Part shown: positions 42,201-54,200 of the stretch, piece by piece
Numbering within the stretch: position 1 is the stretch's first letter
How the letters are laid out: every line of letters starts with the position of its first letter
From: Ophelia neglecta
Taxonomy: Eukaryota
Assembly (NCBI GenBank): GCA_965285935.1
Contig: OZ260667.1
Coordinates: 22,320,001 to 22,384,000, forward strand
Reading direction: 5' to 3'
DNA: 64,000 nt
Translations under genes and position numbers: made by a program
The notes under the pieces: model-generated
What the model was told of the DNA's origin: nothing
What the model saw: the letters and a program-made list of their open reading frames with translations, nothing else
Database searches by the model: none

Positions 42201-45200
42201 GGAGATTCAGGGGAGAGGCTTGCTGAAGGAGGCTTGTTGTAGGAGGGTCAGGGAAGAGGCTTGCTGCAGGAGATTCAGGGGAGAGGCTTGCTGAAGGAGG
42301 CTTGTTGTAGGAGGGTCATGGGAGAAGCTTGCTGCAGGAGATTCAGGGGAGAGGCTTGCTGTAGGAGGGCCAGGAGAGAGGTTTGCTGTAGGATGGTCAC
42401 GGGAGAGGCTTGCTGCAGGAGATTCAGCTGAGAGGCTTGCTGAAGGAGGCTTGTTGTAGGAGGGTCAGGGGAGAGGCTTGCTGAAGGAGGCTTGCTGTAG
42501 GAGGGTCAGGGGAGAGGCTTGCTGCAGGAGGCTTGCTGTAGGAGGGTCAGGTGAGAGGCTTGCTGTAGGAGGGTCAGGGGAGAGGCTTGCTGAAGGAGGC
42601 TTGTTGTAGGAGGGTCAGCTGAGAGGCTTGCTGCAGGAGGCTTGTTGTAGGAGGGTCAGGGGAGAGGCTTGCTGAAGGAGGCTTGCTGTAGGAGGGTCAG
42701 GGGAGAGGCTTGCTGTAGGAGGGTCAGGGGAGAGGCTTGCTGCAGGAGATTCAGGGGAGAGGCTTGCTGAAGGAGGCCTGTTGTAGGAGGGTTAGGGTAG
42801 AGGCTTGCTGCAGGAGATTCAGGAGAGAGGCTTGCTGTAGGAGGGTCAGGGGAGAGGCTTGCTGTAGGAGGGTCAGGGGAGAGGCTTGCTGTAGGAGGGC
42901 CAGGGGAAAGGCTTGCTGTAGGAGGCTCAGGGGAAAGGCTTGCTGTAGGAGGGCCAGGGGAGAGGCTTGCTGTAGGAGGCTCAGGGGAAAGGCTTGCTGT
43001 AGGAGGGTCAGGGGAGAGGCTTGCTGTAGGAGGGTCAGGGGAGAGGCTTGCTGTAGGAGGGCCAGGGGAGAGGCTTGCTGTAGGAGGCTCAGGGGAAAGG
43101 CTTGCTGTAGGAGGCTCAAGGGAGAGGCTTGTTGTAGGAGGCTCAGAGGAGAGGCATGCTATAGAAGGCTCAGGGGAGAGGTTTACTGTAGGAGGGTACA
43201 AGATCAGGTTTGTTTGCTGCAGTATTCCTTACATATGATAACACTGACCATGCATGCTGGTCATTGTAGACCCCTCAAGGACCTGACATCTAGGTCAAAC
43301 ATACATCCTGTCACATGATAAGACTATTGCATGCTGGTCATTTGTGACCCCTCATTTAAGTAAAACCCAACATGGTTCTCTTTTCCAATTACTCACAGTG
43401 GCTGGCTATTCCACATAGTAATCTTTTCCAATCTTTTCTCACCACCTTTCGGACACTAAATGATGGCAGACCTACATGTACATTCAGCCAGCCATTTTTC
43501 ATTCCACAGTGACGTTAATTCTAAGAGTTAGTAAAAAGCAAAATGAATCTTGCCAGCATGACTTTTGCGAAAACTTGGAAAGATACATATCAAAACCCTG
43601 TAACTGAAATAAGTTTTAAATCCAAAAGTATCAAATTAATGCAGAAATTAAATAGATTCAATTTTGACTCTGCATCATGGTAAAAAAACAAGGTAAAACA
43701 GAAAATTTGCAAGAGAAAATCAATTAATTACTTAACAGCCAAAAATTTTTTTTTTACCTGGCATACTCTTCAAAATAAAATCCCAGAATAATTTGAAGCA
43801 ATCAATGTCTTCCACAGGCCCTAGTTTGTACAAGAACAATTTTTTTAAATAGTGTGAACATTCCTGGAAAAAAAAAATATTCTGCTTGGCTGTAGACCTG
43901 CACAATACAGGATTTGAATGTTGTGACTTGTAAATTTGTACTTCAGTAGAAAACTATTTTCCTCTTTTGAGTGCTAATAGGAGATACCATTGGCTTCAAA
44001 AAGAGCAGAGGACATTGTTCTTTTGTTTTGGTAGTTCCCATTTGTGTAGGTAAAGCCCCAGTGTCCGTTTAGGAGTCTACTCTGGGTGGCAAGCTATCAC
44101 TTGAGCTAGCTTTCACTTCATAACTCAAGTGAAAGCAACCCATATTTTTTGATAATAATAGATCTATCAGTATTTTAAATCTTGCTCCCTTGCACCCTTT
44201 GTCATGTTAGGCAATGGTTGCAGGATTGTTAACATCATTCAACTATTCTAAATTATTTCCAGAATGGTCTCAAGGTGAGCAGAGATATCTCTGGCCACTA
44301 GGTGGCTCTGACGGCAGGTTGGTCTGCACTCGGCCGTCTGTACTTTAGGGTAAAGCACTACATACATGGTGCAACGTTGATTCTAAGCCAACCAGTTAAT
44401 TCTTTTTTAAGGAAAAAACGACTGGATAGCTATTTACCAATCCATCTAATTTAAATACAGAGTCAAATCATTGTTCGTGGCTTTTAGCTTGAAGACATTC
44501 TCAAATATACCTTCTCATTATTTCTCATACAAAGTAGGTGATCATTTTGAAAAAAATGATCTACAACCAATCAGAAAATAATAGACTACTCATTCATTCA
44601 AGCAATAGCACTGTTTTCTTCTAAATATTCTTCCTTGCAAATTGTAAATTTTAGTCAATTTTTTTCCATACCTGACTTGTTATCTTCACCAGTCAGAATA
44701 AAAACTGTTTCGTCTTTTGTTAAAATATATAATCATTGGCCAGTGGGCAAGTGGACATGGCCACACTGTCAGTGTGGATAAATTGACAAGCAATGAAGCA
44801 ATCAGTATTAATGAAATATCTTAAAAATAAAGACAATGAGTTTATTTTTAATGCTATCATGGTTTAATGCTTTCATAAAGCATGTCATACTTATTGGTAG
44901 TCAACACACACAGCGATAAAAAGCATTTTTGTAGATAACTTTTCTCTACCACCATTGAATGCCATGCATCACTAGGGAGAGTCTACCAGTATTAATTGTG
45001 TTGGGCATCATTTCACCAAAATCAGAGGAAGTGACAAGCACATTTTTCAACAACCACATATGAATTTAACATTTAAGACCGCTTTAAAATCCAGGATTTT
45101 CTACAACAGTTGACTTGCGTTGAGTAATACATTGTTAAAAGTTAATACTCAGAAACAGTCTCAAGTGTGTCAATATCATTTGTATGTGTTGCAACTGGTA

Positions 45201-48200
45201 TTTTTAATGGTCAACTCATGTTTGTATTTATGTGTCTGTATTTATGGGTGTATTAATCTATGCCCTCCATCCTAGATTTTCCATTTTTGGCTGAAAAAAA
45301 AAAACCCAGTTCAACAAACAATGGCCTTATTTACGTCAAAGAAATAGTTTGTCAGTATGTTTATCTTAATGCTTCCTTCGAAACTGTAAAGGAATCACAA
45401 GATGTCCAAAGTTCACTTGGTTCAGTAATAGAATGTCTAAACTGGTTTAGCTACAAATAATGGCCCAAACAAAATTTATTTCAGACCATGAAACCAAATT
45501 TGTCAAGACTTCATGTTTTTTGTTGCATTGTTCAGTTATCTACAAAAATTTGGAGTAAATCACTGACATTAAAGCTTAATTTACAGAGGAAATTGAGAAC
45601 AAGGCAATTCCACACAGACTAGAGAGAAGTACCACTAACGTCCTTTCCTAGTGGCACGCCAACTGCTAAAGACAAAGGAAGAAAGGTGAAAATATTACGA
45701 CCATCAAGGGAATTTGGTCAGCCATTCATCGCTACAGAAGACATTACAAGATAAACAGCTTTGGCACCTCACTCCAATATCACCCACAAAAAGTGAAATG
45801 GAATCCATAAAGCTCTGTCATTTTCATGACAGAGGTCTTGCAGGTTACAGCGAAAATTGTCTAAATCACCAATGATCAATAACATTAGTGTGATCCTTTT
45901 ATTACATCTGGGAATGTACCCCTGCCGGGGGCTGAAATTTGTAAATTATAATTCACACATCTAGGAGACCCCATACTGAAATCTGCATATTTAATACACA
46001 CCATAATTCTCTCATGTGGTCATATGGACTTGATGGTCTTTCATTCCTTTGAAACATTTTAAGCGTCAATTTTGCTAAGAAAATATCCCTAGCTTGACTG
46101 AGAACACAGCGAAAACGTCAACAAACTCGCTTCAACCTACAAAAGATATATTATCTAATATTCTGAAGAAATTTCTAGAACACAGCCCCCTTGAGATGAG
46201 GAAGGAAGGCATTAATCTAACACTCTCTTTCTATTGGACGCTTCCTCCCTGAAATAGATTGTCTGGCTGACAGGTCCTGGCAACTCGGATGTTGAGAGTA
46301 ATTTTCCCTACTCCGGTATTCATGAGTTTCGGGATGCGTGTGCTGGCATTTTCTAACTAACGGTCACCCATCATGCCAACCCGCAGTGGCTGGCAAGTAA
46401 GAGGTATGTCCGAGCGCAGTCGGGGGATGGCGACAACCATTTCCCTCACGGACAGCGCCTTGTCGACGACTACAGATTACCAAACACCTGCCAGGCAATC
46501 TATTCTCCAGGAAGCCGTAGAATACAGAGTGAGTTCTAACTTCCTCAGGCCCACAAGTCTCGGACAGTCCTCTCCGCATAACACTGACTGACAGTAACAG
46601 ATTCTGTCGGAAACGTATATTACCAACATCCATGAACACATCCAAAAAAGGAGACTTAAAAAAGAGAAAGTAAAACAAAATGCATGATCTCAACAACTCA
46701 TCTCAAGAAAGGACCATAGCCCCATTTCAAAGCCTTGGCCCCACTCCACAAACACATACGGTGACAGCTCACAACACCCTGACCTAAGTTAGAAGCCGGG
46801 CGATCTGCTGGAATGACTACAGCTATATGTTAGACTGGAAAGCTGTGACTGTCAGGTGATAACTTGTGTGCTGGAATATTGTCTCTGACTTGTCAGGTGT
46901 CTACCTGTCGGTCTACCTTTCACACTTGTTCAGTGTGATATTTATAGAGCTTCACACAGCATACAATACCCATAGCTCATGTCGCCACATAACGGGAGAC
47001 TATTCATCCAAAAATATATCAATTCATAGATAGAATTTGACATACTGGCCATGTACATAAAATCACTAAAACGGCTGAAACTTGGCAGTTTTCAAATATT
47101 ATTGCTGATTTGACTAATCTCTGACTTGCCTCATTTCCCTGAAACTGTTTAACCTTAAAAAGGCTGCATTTATTTAGTTTTTAGACACTTTAATATTAAT
47201 TTATTAAGTATTCAGATGATAATGACAAAGCATCATACGTTTTATTATTATTATTAAAGACAAAAAGCAATGCATTTCTGTTTAAGTTTTCACAATGGAC
47301 CTGTCTACACATTACAAGCAAATGGATAAAACGGACATGGCATGGAGAAAACCAGCCAATCCATTAACCCTAAAATATAATATCACCAGCTGGGTATATA
47401 GTATCATAAGGCAATAGAATATCAGCCACCTGGATAGAATATCACAAGCCAATCCTACCCTATCACAAGCCAATCCTACCCTGAATAGAATATCACAAGC
47501 CAATCTTACCCTATCAGAAGCCAATCCTAACCTGAATATCATATCACAAGCCAATAACCACCCAAATAGAATATCAGAAGCCATTCCACCCCTAAATAAA
47601 ACATCACAAGCCATTCCACCCCTGAATAGAAGATCACAAGCCAATCCTACCCTGAATAGAATATCACAAGCAAATCCTACCCTATCACAAGCCAATCCTA
47701 ACCTGAATAGAATATCACAAGCCAATAACCACCCAAATAGAATATCAGAAGCCATTCCACCCCTGAATAGAAGATCACAAGCCATTCCACCCCTGAATAG
47801 AAGATCACAAGCCAATCCTACCCTGAATAGAATATCACAAGCCAATCCTACCCTTATCAGAAGCCAATCCTACCCTGAATAGAATATCACAAGCCAATTT
47901 TACCTTATCACAAGCCAATCCTACCCTGAATATCATATCACAAGCCAATAACCACCCAAATAGAATATCAGAAGCCATTCCACCCCTGAATAAAAGATCA
48001 CAAGCCATTCCACCCCTGAATAGAATTTCACCAGTGGCAAGATCCGTTTTTCATACCAATGTAGAATTAAACAAACTTGATTCTGCTTTTGCTGGCAAGG
48101 GGGAGAATTAATCGGCAAACTTGTTTGCTAATTGATTTTCCCCACAAATTAGCAAAGTAAGGCATGCCAGCTAATTATATCGAACTTTCTTGACAACCTC

Positions 48201-51200
48201 AATGGCCAAAATAACCAAAAATGGGTATTATAAGGCAGGCAAACCTCCTCTATACTCTGTGTTAATTCTGTTGACATATTTAAACAAGCCAATAATCAGA
48301 GCATGAGTAAATCAAATCATAACAATATAATATTATAACTAGTTAGAGCAAAATTATTATGCAGTAAACAAAAGGTCTAATTTATTTTTTGAAGTAAGTT
48401 TCATGGCTCTGATGTTGTAAACAATGTACTTAATACTACTATACAAAATGGTTCATAAGGGGGAATGGCTCGCAAGTGATGCCACCTAGTGAATGTGGGA
48501 AAGGCAGAACGTCTTTCAACATACTACTGCTAAACAAACTCTGTAATTTGTTCTACACCCATAAAAAAATATCTGTATTTTTCTCTCTCAATTTAAGTAC
48601 TTAATTTTGAGACTCAGTATGAAAGACACAGGATTGGATGGACACACAATCTTGGGTACAAATCAAAGATGGGGCTACAGGCAAACCACTGGTTAACTGC
48701 AGATGAAAAATGTCAATAACCTATCAGCACCCTCATTATACAAAGCTTAGATTTAAAAGGTGAGTGGGTCAACTTAAGTCATTTCTGTATATAAGCTATT
48801 GCGTTTTCTTGTGGATCAGTTCTTTTGTAAATGGTATAATGTAAATGAATATCAATAGTACAAAAACTGAACTGTTATACTGTACTTGCCTACTCAGATG
48901 CCTAATTTAAATCACAATATGATGTGTTCATAACAAGGCTTGGTGGGGGCTTTCCTTTTTTATGCATCTCCGCCTGATAGTGAACTCAAAGACTATTTCT
49001 GTTTCTAATAAACTGACTGCTCATGTCATTGGTCAAGGCAGGCATGATTATAACTCATGATCTCTAGAGGCAAGAAGATAGGTGGGTGGACTCCTTCTCG
49101 GAGAGTTTTATTGTTACTCATTTCTTGCCTGTCTTTTTAATATATAAATCAGTCATGATCCAAATAAAATTTCAAACTAAAAGCTAAAAAAACAACAACA
49201 ATATATTCCTGTGTCATTAGAAGTTGGTAATTACCATTTGCCAGAGACTTTAACTTCAACCTTTGACCCCACACTTGCGGTGCTGTTCATGGGACTGCCA
49301 TCATCCGGCTCGGCATCATCCAGATTGTCATCGGTGTCGTCTAAGAGGCCGCTTGTCTGACATACAAAACAAAATCTATCAGGAGAGTTGTCAAAATGGC
49401 TCAACAATTTTTACAAGAATTAATTCAAATACCTTCCTTAATATAAGAAGTATACTTATCATTTACTAGTTTGCATATTGTCAGCTTAGATTCACAAGTT
49501 GTTTTACCAATAATCACAAAATGTCTCCTTGAGGCTGTTCATTGCCTCACACTCTCCATCATAAAAATAAAATAATGTCATCTCTAGTATGCCAAGCTGA
49601 GAAGTAGTTAAATACTCAAGAATCAAAGGTATACTAGATGAGATGTTCATATAGATTTTTTGGTGGGCTCTATGAAACAAGAGGTTCATAAATTTTTGGG
49701 GGTGAGCTATATGGTGGGAAAATTTCATAGACTTTTGGGCAATTTTATGAGACGATAGGTGGATACAGTTCTTCTTAAGGCTCTATGATACAAGAGATTA
49801 ATAGGAGTTTTCACTCTTTTACCTCTACAAGACAAGGTCATACATTTTTCATAGGGAGCTCTATATGGGAGAGGTTCATACAAGTTTTTTATGTGGGCTC
49901 TATGAGACAAGCAGCTCAGTTTTTTTTTAGCTGAGCTCTTGATGGACAAGCGGCTCTTATGTTTTTTTTAGTCCAGCTCTATGAGACGAGTGGTTCGTAC
50001 AGTTATTATCAGGTGCGCTCCATGATCAAGAGGTTCAAATGATTATTTTTATGTTGTCTCTATGAGACAATCAGGTCATACAGTTCTTTTAAGGTGGGCT
50101 CTGTGAGAGGAGAGTTTCCTACAGTTTTTTTTAGGTGAGCTCTATGAGGTTTCCTGGGTTTCTTTTCCTCCTCCTCCGAGTCATCTGTGCTGTCTTTACG
50201 ACTGGACCGCTTCCTACTGCTCCTGGGAGACTTGATGGTGCTGAACACTGATTTACGGTGAAAGCCTGCATTCCGGGAGCGCGGCTAATGAACAACAAAA
50301 ATATATATATAAATATATATTTATACCATACACACATTTGATATAATAATTCTACCTTTATAAAATGAAACATGAAAATGCAGCTCATTTTAATCAATGT
50401 CTCCTCATGGCTGTTGTTTTTTTTTCTCCTATCTTTTTCTCCTTTTTTTTCTCCTATCTCTCCTTTCTCCTATCAGCCTAGAATATAACTCAAGCAATGG
50501 TGTTTATACTTTGTAGCTTGTTTGCCTTTTTTAAGCAATAGTGCAGAGATGTTCTATCTCAATCAGTACCTGATAGAGATGTATATGGCAGTAGAGATAT
50601 CATCAGAAAATCAACTCTAGTAAACATCCACAATGTTAATATTATTGGCTGGGGAGTAATTTTAGGAGTAAAATTAAGTAGTTTCGGACTTATGGTAAGG
50701 TTAGTGCCAACAGGTTCTGAAAGTAGTATGGTTACACCGACCATTTCTATACAAAACAGATAAAAAACATAGTTTTGACTGCAAACTTTTGTTTAATTCA
50801 ATGAAACTGTAGGTTCCCAAGCAGAGAGCGTCAGGTTTGGTTCTGATGTGACTAGGTAAGGGGTCATATCTGTTTATAAAACCAAGTATATGAATATCTG
50901 TTCTAAGTGCTGGTTAAAAGAACAATCATAGGAAAGTGTAGTCTTAGAGTTGTAGTGCATTCTTACTTACAGTGACAGTGAGTTTTGGGGGTGGAGTGAT
51001 TTTTTTGCGTTTTGTCGTCTCTACGACGACTTCTCCGTCACTGAAGTCGTCTTCCTCGTCATCACTCTCGGACACATGTCGGATACGTTTACCAAAGCTG
51101 CCTTGCCCTGTTGGCTGTTACGAGTATCAAAATATCTTAGCAAATAGCAACTACTAACAAAGATGTTCAGAGGAATGGACCAAAGTTAATTTTACCATTT

Positions 51201-54200
51201 CTTTACTTTCAAAGTGGTCCAGGATCATACTACTGTGATCCTCTATATAGTGATTTTGCCAGTTATTAATGAATTCTATATATGAGTAACATACTTGTTA
51301 TAATGGCATAATATATCAATGTGGTACTCTGAGGGACCACAACAATTCAAAGCAATGCCTCCCAAGTCCCATATTTGTCAGGCTCAGACACTAATTGCCT
51401 AAGCTGGATGGCAGATTACATTTTAATTGGACTTCTTGTAATCAATATATTCTACATTATTTTGAGACAATTTATTAAATATCATTTTATCCAAGAATTG
51501 CATCAATTTCTTAATAACAAAATACATTAAGCTGTTGTTAGTACCCTGGCTGGAGATCTTGATGGAGTGTTGTTCGTAGAACTCGATGAACGATAATCGG
51601 GCTGAAAAAAGAGCAAAATTCATTTGATAAAAGACAGTAAACAAAACAATGCATTTTTTGTACTATTGCCATAAAAAATAAAGCTGATGACTTTAAGAGC
51701 TCAGTTAATATGGAAACTTAATATTCCCTTTTAGGATGCATAATGGTTTCTTAAATCCTTTCTTTATATAATATAAATAAGAAAACCAACAAAGAGTACA
51801 CTTAGTGTATTCTCTTAAATAGACATTTGTACCCTTATAGCAAATTGCTCTGTTTAACTGTCAATATACTGACAGTACTGCCCAATTGAGAACAGTGACA
51901 ATTTCTCATTGCTAATAGTGAGTTTTCAGTATCAAAAGGATGCAGCCTGTGGTCAGAATGTCTTCAGGGCAGATTTAGGCTGATAACCATAGCATATATG
52001 CATCACCAATGGAGTTTGTCAGATAACCAAGAATGTGTCGTGTAGTTACCTTGGGTCTGTTGGCATCATATTCCCTTAATTCTCTGCCTGGTGGTAACGA
52101 TGGTTTAGTTTTCTGCACATAAAAGATGAAAACGCTCCAAGTTTAATGCAATATCTAAGTAGTACGAGTCCATTACCAAAGTGGCGCTTACTACTTGAGA
52201 AGTATAAATCCATTTCCACAGCAGTGCTTACATAAATTCTATTACATTAGATTTGTCTGTTAATACTTCTTACACACCTGTATTTTTTCCAACTGTTCCT
52301 GCTTTTTTCTAATATCCTCCTCTAAATCTTTCTCTTTTTGTTCTCGACTCTTTGTCTCCTTCTTTAGTAGTCCTTCTGGTAAGTTCATCTTCTGTTCTGG
52401 AGCAGAACATCTGGGTGAACAGAGAAAACAAATTAATATTGTAAATGTCCCCTTCTAAATTACACATTATATGTTAAAGTAATGAAATAATTATAACCCA
52501 TCAAGTTAAAAAATATCAATCTTACAGTAAATATTTGTTGTTATTTAATTTATTGAGGAAATATGTATAAGTAGCTAGTACTGATTATAAAAACAAATGG
52601 CACGGTGTGGTTCCAGTAATTCAACCTGCGGTGGTGTGCCTGGGTTACCTGTTATGAGAGGGCTCCGGGTTCATGGAACACACCCAGTCGTCAGGGAATG
52701 TCTTACCAATGTTGTTAGCGGAGAACGGCAAGATTCGCCACTTCAAACACAAGTCTGAAATGTTATCAATTGATTTTACTTTTAAAATTAAAACAAAATT
52801 GACTCGGCAAAACATTTGACAGAAGGTACAAAACACACTCTTACAAGGTTGTCAATTTTCTACAAATATATCAATTTCATGTTCTACAACAGCCACTCTT
52901 GCCTCTTGTGGCTCGCCAGCATAGAAAAAGTCCAGCAGTGTTTTTTACCAGCCTAAGTACTAAAGTTTATACTAACCACACTGAAGTGACACCTGGACTT
53001 GCATTGCCCTCTTTCTGATGAACTTGGGGTCAGCCGAGGGTTGGTCTCGCCAGTTCGGACTGATGTAGCCAAAATTCTCCCTGAAATATACATAAATCGC
53101 TTAATGAATGAAAACACCCATAAACAATATGTTTAACAAATATGTTTGCCCATTCCATACTATTTTTAATAAAGGCTACAAGCATGATATGACTTGATAC
53201 ATGATATTAATGTTAATACCAACCAGAACTTTGTGACTCCAGTCTGCGCTATGCCCAGGTCTTTCCAGTACTGCACCATGTGTTCGCCCATAGCTTTCTG
53301 TAAATGTCGGTATTCTTTGGCATCAGCAAAATCCTGCTTATTGTGGGTAGGTTCCAATACCAAATATGGCACATCCACCAGTCCTGAAAAAATAACACCA
53401 AATATGTCACTAAAAGATTATTCAATGAAAACAAAGCCCTGAATATGTAACAATATTGTAGTTTTGCAAAACAGCATTTGCAGATTGGTTTTGTAGTCTG
53501 AAGGAAGAGGCAATTACTGTCAAATTTTAACCTGATGAACAGCCACAGTTTGTTACATGAATTTCTCTGTTAATAAAACACCAGGAATATGCAACATAAC
53601 TGCAATTAAAAATCTACAAATGAAGGGAATCCCTCCTATGACAGATTGTTTTTAATCCTCATGTCATAGGTTTCCATTGATGTCAATCTGAAGAAGGTAC
53701 ACCTTCTATGTACAGACACTTTTGTGTCCCTACATCACAGGGACCCCTGAACATGTATATAAATTATCAAAGTCATCCATAAGGTTTCCTTGTACCATTG
53801 TAATAAGTAAACAAACAAAAAACATGTATATGATTGACTGACCTATAACACCACTACAGAACACCCCTCCGTCTGCCTGGGGTCCCACCTTCTGGTACAT
53901 TTTAATCAGTCGGGAACAGTTGTAAACAAACATCCCATCCTGATTACGATTGTCAATGTTCAACCCAAATATAAAGTTGAGGGTTTTGGGCTCTCTGAGT
54001 GACCTGCAAAAGTAAGTCCCTTAATAAATTCACATCTAAATTTTTTTGAACCACATCTGTTAGAAAGAAATTGATTATGTTAATAATAAGAAGTTAAATA
54101 TTTAGCTTTGAAAAAAATAACAGATAAAATTCATTGGCCCTTACTTTGCTTTGCGATCGGCAATCTGTTTCTTGATCTGTGCCTCCTTCCTCAGCTCCGC

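Noticed and set aside
42656-43318. 181-193 aa repetitive ORFs as protein-coding genes
   Set aside because: They are products of a 27-bp minisatellite that is open in several frames on both strands, with no unique domain or phase-compatible role in the MORC model.
47312-47845. 177-aa [10 protein letters not shown]-repeat ORF
   Set aside because: Translation of a 30-bp minisatellite with no true ATG start and no supporting splice signals.
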